From: Dehalococcoidia bacterium
GTDB lineage: Bacteria; Chloroflexota; Dehalococcoidia; SHYB01
Reading direction: 5' to 3'
DNA length: 64,000 nucleotides
NCBI GenBank assembly: GCA_965219875.1
Contig: CBDCOW010000003.1
Coordinates: 1,276,479-1,340,478 of the forward strand
In this document: positions 10,026-19,868 of the stretch, piece by piece
Layout of the letters: each line of letters starts with the position of its first letter
How positions within the stretch are numbered: the first letter of the stretch is position 1
Notes under the pieces: generated by a model
Told to the model about the DNA's origin: nothing
What the model saw: the letters and a program-made list of their open reading frames with translations, nothing else
The model's database searches: none
Translations under genes and position numbers: made by a program

Positions 10026-10451
10026 CTACGCTCTGGGTTCCGCGAGGCCGAGCTGGAGCCATATGCCCAGGTCGTCCATGATGTCCCAGTGCTCGATGAA
10101 CTTGCCGTCGCGGATGCGGAAGATGTCCATGGAGCGTTTGCGTAGCTTCTTGCCCGTGGCGGTGAGGCCGAGATAGTCGCCGAGGTGGGTGGACTCGGAG
10201 CTGGTGCGCACCCAGACCTTGTCGCCCTCGGCGCAGATATCCTCGATGACGATGCGGCTGTCGGGGAAGGCCGCGGCGGCCTGGGCGAGGAACTGCTTGA
10301 CGCCATCGATGCCCGGCTTGAGGTTGTCGCGGTCGGGGTGGTGGTGCACGTAGTCGGGCGAGAAGATCTCGTCGACGAGGTCGAGGTTCCAGCCGTTGAG
10401 GAGTTCCTCGAAGTGCCGCCGTACGAGCGCCTTGTTCTCCTCGATACCCAT
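10026..10451 (-). CDS. SnoaL-like predicted ester cyclase (NTF2-fold)
   Basis: 141 aa beginning MGIEENKALVRRHFEELLNGWNLDLVDEIFSPDYVHHHPD, the family signature. Confidence 0.7.
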   Translation of the reverse strand: MGIEENKALVRRHFEELLNGWNLDLVDEIFSPDYVHHHPDRDNLKPGIDGVKQFLAQAAAAFPDSRIVIEDICAEGDKVWVRTSSESTHLGDYLGLTATGKKLRKRSMDIFRIRDGKFIEHWDIMDDLGIWLQLGLAEPRA

Positions 10452-10494
10452 GTCTCTCCCCCTAGATGCGACTTTTGCTAAAAGCTTGGCGTGG

Positions 10495-10565
10495 AAGGGG
10501 ACGGGCGCCCACTAGGGGCGCCCCTACGGGAAAGGGCTAGATTCCCGCTTTCGCGGGAATGACAG
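10495..10565. repeat. REP-like double-hairpin unit (GGGCGCCCACTAGGGGCGCCCCTACGGG … TTCCCGCTTTCGCGGGAA)
   Basis: Two hairpins. The same unit occurs as a tandem pair at 19309-19459 and as partial copies at 48625 and 48855. Confidence 0.7.
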
Positions 10566-10580
10566 ATACGCAAGGGCTCC

Positions 10581-11366
10581 TTAGAGCATGTGGGCGCCGC
10601 CATCGACCATGAAGGTCTGGCCGGTGATGTAGTCGGCGTCCTCGCTGCAGAGGAAGACGGCGGTGCGCCCGATATCGCGTTCGGGGTCGCCGATGCGGCG
10701 CATCGGAATCTGGGCGGCGCGCTGCTGAATCCACTCTTCGGGATCTTCGCCTTCGACGACCAAGGCGTTCTGGGGCGTGAGAGCGGAGGGGGAGATATTG
10801 TTGACGTTGATCCCGTACTTGCCCCACTCGACGGCGGCGGTGCGGGTGAGCGCCCGGATCGCCTCCTTGTTGGCATTGTAGTCGGCGGCGCCGGGCCAGC
10901 CGATGATGCCCATGATCGAGGCGAAGTTGATGATCTTGCCGCCCCGGTCCTTCATGTGGGGGAAGGCGGCCTTGCAGCAGAACCACGTGGCCCGCGCGCC
11001 GGTGTCGAACGACTCGTCCCACCACTCCTCGGGGATCGACTCGACCGGCGACCCCTGATGCGCCGACGAGGCCCCCGTCCAGCTCTGGGCTGCGTTCACC
11101 AGCACGTCCACCTGGCCGTAGCTCTCCACGGTCTGGGCGACCATGCGCTTCACCTGCTCCTCATCGGCGACGTCGACGGTGAGCGCCATGCCGTCGCCTT
11201 CGAGCCGGCGCACTTCCTCCATGGCGGCCTCGGCGGCGTCCTCATAGCGGTCGACGATGACCACCTTCGCGCCTTCCTTTACGAAGGCGCGGACGATCCC
11301 GCGGCCCAAGTGCCCGCCGCCGCCGGTGACGATCGCGACTTTCCCGTCCAACATGCCGACTGCCAT
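10581..11366 (-). CDS. short-chain dehydrogenase/reductase (SDR)
   Basis: ATG at 11366 (MAVGMLDGKVAIVTGGGGHLGRGIV). The TGGGGxLG Rossmann motif and a YNANKEA catalytic Tyr/Lys are present. Confidence 0.8.
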   Translation of the reverse strand: MAVGMLDGKVAIVTGGGGHLGRGIVRAFVKEGAKVVIVDRYEDAAEAAMEEVRRLEGDGMALTVDVADEEQVKRMVAQTVESYGQVDVLVNAAQSWTGASSAHQGSPVESIPEEWWDESFDTGARATWFCCKAAFPHMKDRGGKIINFASIMGIIGWPGAADYNANKEAIRALTRTAAVEWGKYGINVNNISPSALTPQNALVVEGEDPEEWIQQRAAQIPMRRIGDPERDIGRTAVFLCSEDADYITGQTFMVDGGAHML

Positions 11367-11380
11367 AGTCCGTACCCTGC

Positions 11381-13072
11381 CTAGTTTGCGCCGGGGAGCA
11401 CGCGGCCCGGCCATGCGCCGGTGTGCTCGCCGTCCTCGATGACGATCTCGCCGTTCACCATCACCGCCTTCACTCCCTGGGCGCGCTGGATGATGCGCTT
11501 TGCGCCGCCGGGGAGATCGGGCAGGAGCTCTCGGGGCAACGCGTCAAGGCGGTCGGCGTCGAACATCGCGATGTCCGCTGCCATACCCTCGGCGAGCACG
11601 CCGCGGTCGGTGAGCCCGAGTAGGTTCGCCGGCATCGAAGTAAGCCGGCGGATCGCCTCCTCGAAGCTCATCACGCCGACCTCGCCCACCCAATGCCGCA
11701 GGAAGAGCGCGATGAAATCGACGCCGCAATCCATGTCGAGGTGCGCTCCCGCGTCGGAAACGCCGGGCAGGCAGTAGGGCGACTTGATGATCTGCTCCAC
11801 GGCGGCGGGGTCGCCGTTCATCATTCCCTTGAAGAGGAAGCGCGTTTGCAGGTCCTCTTCGAGCGCGAGGTCGAGGAAGTAGTCGACGGGATGCTTGCCC
11901 GCCTCGGCGGCAAGATCCAGGACGAGCCGCCCCTCCGCAGCCTTGTTCCGGGGGAGGTCCACGTTCTGCACCCGCATCAGGAGGTTGCGGTTGACCATCG
12001 CTCCCGCCGCGGGCGGCGCGTCGAACTCCTCACGGAGCTTGACGCGGTGCGCGGGGTCGGCGAGCAGGCGGCGCTTCGCGGCGTCGGGCTGGTTGAGTGT
12101 CTCGCGCCACACCGGGAACGCGTCGAACAGCGTGGTGCGGTTCAAGTTGAGTTCGAGGTCGAGGCTCTGGCACTTCGAGACGGCGTAGATGTTCGTCCCT
12201 TTGGCCGCGGCCTCCTCCATGAAGGCGAGAAGGTTCCGCCACTCGTCGGGCATGTCCCACCGGTGCTGGAACTGGTTCCAGATGACGGGCCGGCCGGTCT
12301 TGTCGCTCAGATCAACGAGGAACGCCCGGAACTCCGGCGAGATGTGCGACGCGCCGGGGAAGGGAGAGACGGTGATAATGCCGCGCCCCTTCTGGCGCAG
12401 CACCTCGCCCAAGGCGTAGACTTCTTCCGGCTCGGCCTTCTGGCTCGGCACGGCGCGCCCGTCGACGCCTCGCTGGAAGCCGGCCTTGAGCGTCGAGAGG
12501 CCCACCGCGCCCGCGTCCATCGCCGCGGCGAGGAGGCGCTGCATCTCGCTGATTTCGGCGGCCGTGGCCGCGCGGTCCTGCGAGTCGGGGCCCATGACGA
12601 AGTAGCGCAGCGGCGAGTGCGCCACCTGCGCGGCGACGTTGACGCCGAGTTTGCGGCCCAGGAAATCGAGATAGTCGGGGAAGCTCTCCCACTCGAACGG
12701 GACGCCCTCTTGCAGCACGTTCAGAGGCATCCCCTCGACGCGGGCCATCAGCCGGGTCAGGTAATCGACGTGCTCCGGCCGGGCCGGCGCGAGGCCGTAG
12801 CCGCAGTTGCCGGTGAGCACGGTGGTGACGCCGTGCCAGCACGAGGAGGTTGCGAGCCGGTCCCAGCAAAGCTGGGCGTCGTAGTGGGTGTGGGTGTCGA
12901 AGAAGCCGGGGGTAACCGTCAGCCCTTCGGCGTCGATCACGCGCTTGGCCGGGCCGCCCACGTCGCCGACGCCGGCGATGCGGCCCTCGCTCACGGCGAC
13001 GCCGCCATAGCGGGCGGCCGCTCCCGTACCGTCCACGATGCGCGCGTTTTGAATCAGGACATCGACGGCCAT
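11381..13072 (-). CDS. N-acyl-D-amino-acid deacylase (D-aminoacylase) family amidohydrolase
   Basis: 563 aa beginning MAVDVLIQNARIVDGTGAAARYGGVAVSEGRIAGVGDVGGPAKRVIDAEGLTVTPGFFDTHTHYD, the D-aminoacylase family N-terminus with an HxH metal motif. Confidence 0.8.
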   Translation of the reverse strand: MAVDVLIQNARIVDGTGAAARYGGVAVSEGRIAGVGDVGGPAKRVIDAEGLTVTPGFFDTHTHYDAQLCWDRLATSSCWHGVTTVLTGNCGYGLAPARPEHVDYLTRLMARVEGMPLNVLQEGVPFEWESFPDYLDFLGRKLGVNVAAQVAHSPLRYFVMGPDSQDRAATAAEISEMQRLLAAAMDAGAVGLSTLKAGFQRGVDGRAVPSQKAEPEEVYALGEVLRQKGRGIITVSPFPGASHISPEFRAFLVDLSDKTGRPVIWNQFQHRWDMPDEWRNLLAFMEEAAAKGTNIYAVSKCQSLDLELNLNRTTLFDAFPVWRETLNQPDAAKRRLLADPAHRVKLREEFDAPPAAGAMVNRNLLMRVQNVDLPRNKAAEGRLVLDLAAEAGKHPVDYFLDLALEEDLQTRFLFKGMMNGDPAAVEQIIKSPYCLPGVSDAGAHLDMDCGVDFIALFLRHWVGEVGVMSFEEAIRRLTSMPANLLGLTDRGVLAEGMAADIAMFDADRLDALPRELLPDLPGGAKRIIQRAQGVKAVMVNGEIVIEDGEHTGAWPGRVLPGAN

Positions 13073-13140
13073 GGCGTCCTCCTGCGCTCCCCCGGCGGCG
13101 CCGCGCGTATGGTAGCACGGACGCGCATCGGGCGCGGGCC

Positions 13141-14838
13141 TTAGGCGTCGGACGCTTCCTCAGGGAGCGGATACACCAACGTCGTCGGGTTGTTGGAGTA
13201 CCAACCGAACCAGAACGCGTTGTTGGTGGGAATGCGGGCCAGGGCCGCCGAACCGTCCCCGGGCACCAGCGCGTCCTCCGTCACCCGCCAGGTGACGCCG
13301 TCGGAGTCGAGAATGGTGCGCGCGCCGAGCTCGCCGCCAAGCTCCTCTTGGAACGTGACGCGAACCCCTTCGCGGTCGGTCAGGTAGGCGCGCGCCCCGC
13401 CCTGCAGCGGGTCCGTTACGACGACGAGGCCGTTCTCGCCGATGGAATCGTTGAACACCGGCGCCTCCATGAGCGCTCGGAGGAGATAGGCCTTGGGGAC
13501 GCCTCCCAGCAGGACGCCGAGGACCTGCGCCTTGGTCGCCAGCAACTCGCTTTGCAGCCAGACGGGGAACATGGTGTCCGAGCTATTGAAGTAGTCGAAG
13601 TAGATCGCGAAGGGGTCGTCTTCCGGCACGTAGAAGGCGGCATCGTAGACACCGGTGTCTACGTGCAGCACGGTCGTGTCGGGGTGACTCGCCTTCCACT
13701 CGCCCCACGTCGTCAGGGTAATGGGGAGTTTCTTGAGCTTGATGCCGCTGTTGGCGAGCGGTCCGACGACGGGCTCGCCGAGGAACTGGCGCCACAGCGT
13801 CTCCGTCGCCCGGTCGTACATGAGCTTATTGCTGCGGTAGAGCATGCCGGAGGTGCCGAACTCGATGCGCTGGTCCGATATCTCGGGGACGTTGGTGGAA
13901 TACACGATTCCCGCGCCGCAGAGCGTTCAGTAGGCAAGGGCGAAGGGTTCGCCCCCCAGAGTGTCGTTGACCATTTCGTGGGCGTTGACGATGCGCAAGG
14001 GGTAGGCGCGGTGCTCGCCGTTAATGGAGACGCCGAAGACGCGGTCGCCGGGCGACAGATAATCGGCGTTGCCGGCCGAAATCGTCGGAGGATAGCGGAG
14101 GTCGGGGATGCCGTCCTTGCGGACGCCGCCCCAGGCGATCTCCTCGATGCGGATGCGCGCGCCCTCGCCGGTGCCCAAGAGGGCGGCCATGTCGGGGTCG
14201 ATGCGGGCGAGGAGCTCCTTCTTGAACTCGACGTATTCGGTCGGCGGGGTGACCTCGTCATGGCTTCCCAGCCAGATGACCCATTCCCGCCACTGCCGGT
14301 GGGTGTACGACTCACCCGAAAGGGACTGCAGCGCCTCGATGATGGTCTCGATGCCGTTTGGATCGAAGTAGGTGGGAGTGAAGAACATTTCCAGCAGCAC
14401 CGGGATGTAGCTCTGGTCGCCGCTGGCGCCCATCGTGGCGAAGGCGTCGATCTGGAGCAGGGCGTTGCTCCGAAGGCTGTCCCACATCAGTGCGTTGCGG
14501 TCGATCTCGATCTGGACTTCGGGAGGGTTGGTGGGACCGGGCGTGGACGTGGGCCGCGGAGTCGCCGTGGGCTCACTGGCGTCCGGGAGCGGCGACGCCG
14601 AGGGCGCTGCCGTGGGGGAAGCGCCGGTCGGCACGGCCGTGACGGTCGGCGCAGGGACTGCCGTCGAGCCGGCACCCTCCTCGACGGTCGGCGCGGGGGT
14701 CTCGGACGCGGCGGTGGGGCTAGGCACCGATGGCGGCGACGTGGGCTCCTCGCCGCCTGAGCAAGCGGCGGCGGCGAGCACCGCGGCCCCCGCCGCCATC
14801 ACGATCTTGAGTCGCCATGTGCCTGCGTTTGCGTTCAT
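13141..14838 (-). CDS. DUF3179-domain lipoprotein, putative selenoprotein (in-frame TGA = Sec at 13927-13929; UxxC motif)
   Basis: Track ORFs 13927-14838 and 13141-13905 are in the same frame (14838-13905 = 933 = 3x311), separated only by TGA plus 7 codons. The joined sequence reads …RAYPLRIVNAHEMVNDTLGGEPFALAY-U-TLCGAGIVYSTN…; the TGA sits where DUF3179 proteins carry the first Cys of a conserved YC-P/T-LCG motif. Lipobox signal peptide, Pro/Thr linker. 565 codons. Confidence 0.55.
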
Positions 14839-14914
14839 TTCGATCCCTGCCTAAGGATACGCCCTTGGCCGCGTTCGGGTTTCCAAAGCACGGACGCGCA
14901 TTGCGCGCGGCGTG

Positions 14915-16672
14915 CTAGGCGTTCGACGCTTCCTCAGGGAGCGGATACACCAGCGTCAGCGGGTAGTTGGAGTACCAGCCGAACCAGAACGCGTTGTTGG
15001 TGGGAATGCGGACCAGGGGGGCCGAGCCGTCGTCGGGTACGAGCGCGTCGTCGGTCACCCGCCAGGTGACGCCGTTGGAGTCGACGAGGGTACGCGCGCC
15101 GAGTGGGCCGCCGAGATCCTCCTCGAAGGTGACGCGGACGCCGTCGCGGTCGGCCAGGTAGGCGCGCGCGCCGCCATGCAACGGCTCCGTTACGACGACG
15201 AGGCCGTTCTTGCCGATGGAGTCGTTGAACACCGGCACATCCGTGAGCGCGCGGAGGAGATAGGCCTTGGGGACGCCGCCCAGCAGGACCCCGAGCACCT
15301 GCGCCTTGGTCGCCAGTGCCTCGCTTTGCAGCCAGACAGGGAACATCGTACGCGAGCTATTGAAGTAGGTGTAGTAGATCGCGGATGGGTCGTCTTCCGG
15401 CACGTAGAAGATGGACTGGTAGACGCCCGTGATCTGGCTCAGCACGGTCGTGTCGGGGTGGCTCGCCTTCCACTCACCCCACGTCGTCAGCGTAATCGGT
15501 AGCTTCTTGAGTTTGATTCCGCTGCTGGCGAGCGGCCCAACGACGGGCTCACCGAGGAACTGGCGCCAGAGCGTCTCCGTCGCCCGGTCGTACATGAGCT
15601 TATTGCTGCGGTAGAGCATGCCGGAGGTGCCGAACTCGATGGGCTGGTCCGATATCTCGGGCACGTTGGTGGAATACACGATTCCCGCGCCGCAGAGCGT
15701 TCAGTAGGCGAGGGCGAAGGGTTCGCCCCCCAGGGTGTCGTTGACCATTTCGTGGGCGTTGACGATGCGCAGCGGGTAGGCGCGGTGCTCACCGTTGATG
15801 GAGACGCCGAAGACGCGGTCAGTGGGCATGAGGTAATCGGCACCGGGGTCGTCGGCCGGAATCGTGGGCGGGTACCGGAGGTCGGGGATCCCGTCCTTGC
15901 GGACGCCGCCCCAGACGATCTCCTCGACGCGGATGCGGTCTCCTTCCCCGATCCCCAGGAGGGCGGCCATGTCGGGGTCGATGCGGCCGAAGAGCTGCTT
16001 CTTGAACTGGACGAACTCGGTCGGCGGGGTGATCTCGTCATGCATTCCCAGCCAGATGATCCAATCGAGCCAATCGCGGCGGGTGTACTCCTCGCCGGTA
16101 AGGGACCGCAGCGCCTCGACGATGGCCTCTACGCCATTCGGATCGAAATAGGTGGGCGACCAGTACCACTCGAGCAGCACCGGGATGTAGCTCCGGTCGC
16201 CGCTGGCGCCCATCGTCGCGAAGGCGGAGACCTGGAGCAAAGGTTCGTTCTCAAGGCTTTCCCACATCAGAGCGTTGCGGCCGGCCTCGATCTGGGCCGG
16301 CGGGAGCGTGGGACGGGGCGTGGCGATGGGCGCTGGGGCTGCGGTCGGCTCAACGACGGGTGGAAGCGGCGTTGGTGAGGGGCGCGGGCCCGCCGGAGAG
16401 GCGGCGGGCGTCAGGGTTGGCGCGGCGGTGGCGGCCGGCGAGGTGGGAACGGCAGTTGCCGCCGGTCCGGAAGACGGAGCGGTCGGCGCAGGAACATCGG
16501 TCGGGGAGCCACCCGCGTCCGGGGACGTTGTGGCGGTCGCTGACGGGGCGGTGGGGCTGGGCTCCGGCGGCGAGGGGCCCACGTCGCCGCCGGAGCAGGC
16601 GGCGACCGCGAGTACGGCGGCTCCTGCCGCCGTCACGATCTTGAGCCGCCATGTGCCTGCGCTTGCTTTCAT
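14915..16672 (-). CDS. DUF3179-domain lipoprotein paralog, putative selenoprotein (in-frame TGA = Sec at 15701-15703)
   Basis: Same architecture as 13141-14838. 16672-15679 = 993 = 3x331, so the two track ORFs are in one frame. The nucleotide context around the TGA is identical (…GGEPFALAY-TGA-TLCGAGIVYSTNVPEISDQ…). Lipobox is VAAC. 585 codons. Confidence 0.55.
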
Positions 16673-16810
16673 CTAGACCCCGCCTAAGGGTACGCCTTTG
16701 GCCGCGTTCGGGTTCCCAAGGGCTGGTGCCCGCTTTACAAAGCACAGGTCGGGCCGTATAAAACAGCGTGCGCCAGCCTGGCTGGCGGCGACGCTTCCCT
16801 GGAGGCTTCC

Positions 16811-17644
16811 GTGCCCGACGTCATCTACGAGAAAAACCCCGAGGGTCACTACGCCGTCTTCACTCTGAACCGCCCCGAGCGCCTCAACGCCATCGGGGGC
16901 GGCGTGAAGGAAGCACTAGCGGCGGCCCGCGCCGACTTCGAGGCGGATAGCGAGATGCGCTGCGGCATCGTCACCGGCGCGGGGCGCGCCTTCTGCGCCG
17001 GGGCCGACCTGAAGGAGATGGCGGAGAACAACACGCGGCGGCGCAAGATTCAGGACGACTTCGAGGCGGGCGTCATTTCTCAGGCGGAACGCGACCAGGC
17101 GCTGGGGGTCACCTTTCCCAGCGATCTGAGCTTCTTCGGCTTTTCGCGGAGCTCGAAGCCGTTCGTCGCCGCCGTCAACGGGCTGGCCGTGGGCGGCGGC
17201 ATGGAGCTTAGTCTCGATTGCGACATCCGCATCGCCTCGACGGAGGCCTACTTCGGCCTCTACGAGGTGAAGCGCGGGATCATCGCCGGCTACGCCGTGC
17301 AGCACCTGCCCCGCCTGATTCCGCTGGGCGAGGCGATGTACATGCTCCTCACCGGCGACCGGATCGCCGTCGAGGACGCGCTCCGCAACCGCCTGGTGCA
17401 TGAGATCGTCGAGCCGGACCGCCTCATGCCCCGCGCCGTCGAGATCGCCGAGATGATCGCCGCCAACGCCCCGCTCTCCATTCAAGGCACGAAGGCGATG
17501 GCCTCCACCTGGCGCCTCATGGGAATGGAAGAGACGAAGCGGGTCGCCGACTGGGTCATGCGCTACCTCGGCGAGAGCGACGACTCCAAGGAGGGCCCGC
17601 TGGCCTTTGCTGAAAAGCGCGAGCCCCGGTGGACGGGGCGCTGA
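16811..17644 (+). CDS. enoyl-CoA hydratase/isomerase (crotonase fold)
   Basis: GTG start with a GGAGG RBS. FTLNRPERLNA…FCAGADLKEM is the crotonase signature. Confidence 0.85.
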   Translation: MPDVIYEKNPEGHYAVFTLNRPERLNAIGGGVKEALAAARADFEADSEMRCGIVTGAGRAFCAGADLKEMAENNTRRRKIQDDFEAGVISQAERDQALGVTFPSDLSFFGFSRSSKPFVAAVNGLAVGGGMELSLDCDIRIASTEAYFGLYEVKRGIIAGYAVQHLPRLIPLGEAMYMLLTGDRIAVEDALRNRLVHEIVEPDRLMPRAVEIAEMIAANAPLSIQGTKAMASTWRLMGMEETKRVADWVMRYLGESDDSKEGPLAFAEKREPRWTGR

Positions 17645-17683
17645 CCCCGCGCCATAGGAAAGCCATTCTCTGAAAGGACCGCC

Positions 17684-18517
17684 ATGCCCGATCTCGTCTA
17701 CGAGAAGTTCCCCAAGCAGCACTACGCCACCTTCACCATGGACCGGCCCGAACGGCTGAACGCCGCGGGCCGCCGGCTCAAGATCGAGTGGGAGGAGGCG
17801 CTGCAGGACTTCGAGGCCGACACTGAGATGCGGTGCGGCATCGTCACCGGCGCTGGCCGCGCCTTCTGCGCCGGCGCCGACTTGAAGGAGATGGCCGAGG
17901 ACAACGCCGCGCGCCAAGCCGTCGAGGCCGAGTATGCCGCCGGCGAGATCACCCTCGAACGCCGCGACGAACGCCTGCGGGAGCTTGCTCCGCCGCAGGT
18001 GGACAACTTCCGCATCTCATTCCACCCCAAGCCGTTCATCGCCGCCGTGAACGGCCTCTGCATCGGCGGGGGCATGGAGCGCACCATGGCCTGCGACATC
18101 CGCATCGCCTCGACGGAGGCTTACTTCGGCCTGTTCGAGGCCAAGCGCGGCATCCTCGCCGGCTACGGCATCATGCATCTGGCGCGGCTGATGCCCTACG
18201 GCGACGCCATGTACCTACTCCTCACCACCGACCGCATGAGCGCGGAGGAGGCCCTGAAGTCAGGTTTCGTCCGCGAGGTCGTCGAGCCGGAGCGCCTCAT
18301 GCCCCGCGCCGTCGAGATCGCCGAGATGATCGCCGCCAACGCCCCGCTTTCCATTCAAGGCACCAAGGCGATGGCTGCCACTTGGCGGCACATGGGCATG
18401 GAAGAGGTGCGCCGCGCCAACGATTGGGTCGCCCGCTACGTCCTCGAATCGGACGACGCGAAAGAGGGGCCGCGCGCCTTCTCCGAAAAGCGCGAGCCGA
18501 ACTGGACGGGCCGCTAG
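17684..18517 (+). CDS. enoyl-CoA hydratase/isomerase (crotonase fold), tandem paralog
   Basis: FTMDRPERLNA…FCAGADLKEM. Much of the sequence matches 16811-17644. Confidence 0.85.
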   Translation: MPDLVYEKFPKQHYATFTMDRPERLNAAGRRLKIEWEEALQDFEADTEMRCGIVTGAGRAFCAGADLKEMAEDNAARQAVEAEYAAGEITLERRDERLRELAPPQVDNFRISFHPKPFIAAVNGLCIGGGMERTMACDIRIASTEAYFGLFEAKRGILAGYGIMHLARLMPYGDAMYLLLTTDRMSAEEALKSGFVREVVEPERLMPRAVEIAEMIAANAPLSIQGTKAMAATWRHMGMEEVRRANDWVARYVLESDDAKEGPRAFSEKREPNWTGR

Positions 18518-19204
18518 CTACCGGGCCTCCACCGCGCTCCGCTCCCACACGCCGGCGACCTCCGACGAGTCGACGACGTAGCCGTAGGCTTGGTCCATCT
18601 TACGCAGCGACAGTTCGTGCCGCTGCAGGTCGAAGTCGCCGCAGCAGTCGCCCACCGTCACCACGTAGAAGTCGGCGCAGAAGCCGTCGCGGGTCGTCGA
18701 CTCCACGCACCCGTTCGTCGCGTCGCCGGTCATCAGCAGCGTCTTGATGCCGTTGCTGTGGAGGACCTGTTCGAGCCGGGTGCCCCAGAAGGCGCTGTAG
18801 CGGTGCTTGACGACGACGATCTCGCGGTCGCGCCCGTCGGGACGGATGTTGCCGTAGAAGTCGGCGCCCCACGTCCCCTCGAGGCACGACCCACCGCCGC
18901 GGGACTCGCCGCCGCCGCGCCGCCGCTGGTGGGCGATCCAAGGCGCCGACTGGTACTTGGCGTCCCCGATCATCTGCACGAACACGGTCAGGACGCCGAA
19001 GCGCCGGGCCGTCTCCAAGAAGTGTTCGATGTTCTCCAACATCGCCGGGATCAGCGTCATGTCGCTCCAAAACTGGGGCGCCACCTTCGCGATATGCCCC
19101 TCGGGGTGCACGAAGTCGTTCTGCACGTCCACGATCACAAGCGCCGTATGGCGCGGATCGACCTGCTCTTCGAGCGTAACGAGAATCTGGTCTTCGTCGA
19201 ACAT
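18518..19204 (-). CDS. isochorismatase-family cysteine hydrolase
   Basis: ATG at 19204 (MFDEDQILV…) with a GGGAGGG RBS. It has the D..VQNDF motif and a catalytic Cys in ATNGCVEST. The upstream 250 codons of track ORF 18518-19960 run across REP repeats and are not coding. Confidence 0.75.
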   Translation of the reverse strand: MFDEDQILVTLEEQVDPRHTALVIVDVQNDFVHPEGHIAKVAPQFWSDMTLIPAMLENIEHFLETARRFGVLTVFVQMIGDAKYQSAPWIAHQRRRGGGESRGGGSCLEGTWGADFYGNIRPDGRDREIVVVKHRYSAFWGTRLEQVLHSNGIKTLLMTGDATNGCVESTTRDGFCADFYVVTVGDCCGDFDLQRHELSLRKMDQAYGYVVDSSEVAGVWERSAVEAR

Positions 19205-19308
19205 GTCCACCCTCCCGGCGCCGACTAGACGGGCGCCTCGCAGCGCCATTATAGGCGCGCCATTCCCTCGCCCGTCGGAGACCTGTGCAAACGTTAGAGG
19301 GAGCGGGC

Positions 19309-19459
19309 GCCCACAAGGGGCGCCCCTACGGGGAGGGATGGATTCCCCGCGTTCGCGGGAATGACGGGTAGGGACAGGAGGGAGCGGGTGCCCCCAGGGA
19401 GCGCCCCTACGGGAGGGATGGATTCCCGGTTTCGCGGGAATGACGGGTCGACGCGGCGC
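19309..19459. repeat. tandem pair of ~75-bp REP-like double-hairpin units
   Basis: GGGAGCGGGCGCCCACAAGGGGCGCCCCTACGGGGAGGGATGGATTCCCCGCGTTCGCGGGAATGACGGGTA is repeated twice with minor variation. Confidence 0.75.
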
Positions 19460-19552
19460 GATGTTGACATCAACATCACGCCGCCATAGAGTCGGAGGCG
19501 CAAGAGAATCCGTACCCGCCCACCGCAAGGGCCACCGGTCCGGGAGGCCACG

Positions 19553-19861
19553 ATGCCTGTCTTCATCCTCATGAGCGAATTGACACCGGAGGGTCAGCAG
19601 ACCCTGCACCGCCACCCCGAGCGCCTCTTCGAGGTGAACCGCGAAGTCGAGTCGTTCGGCTGCCGGATCATGGCTCAATACGCCGTTCTCGGCGGCTTCG
19701 ACTTCGTGACCATCATCGAAGCGCCGGACACGAAGACCGTAGCGCAGCTCTCGCTCGACTTGGGCTCCCGCGGCACGATCTCGATCTCGACGATGCCCGC
19801 CATCCCCATCGAGGAGCTTCTGCTCCAACTCAAGGAGACGAAGAAGGTCGGCGAGGGGTAG
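19553..19861 (+). CDS. GYD domain protein
   Basis: 102 aa beginning MPVFILMSELTPEGQQTL…FGCRIMAQYAVLGGFDFVTIIEAPD, matching the GYD family (PF08734-like). Confidence 0.65.
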   Translation: MPVFILMSELTPEGQQTLHRHPERLFEVNREVESFGCRIMAQYAVLGGFDFVTIIEAPDTKTVAQLSLDLGSRGTISISTMPAIPIEELLLQLKETKKVGEG

Positions 19862-19868
19862 GCCCGCG

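Noticed and set aside
13141-13905. Treating the DUF3179 C-terminal halves (GTG starts at 13905 and 15679) as independent genes
   Set aside because: They are in frame with, and only 7 codons from, the upstream lipoprotein ORFs. The combined sequence reconstitutes one contiguous DUF3179 domain with the TGA at the conserved Cys, so a single Sec-recoded gene is the more parsimonious reading, although independent genes cannot be fully excluded without Sec-machinery evidence.
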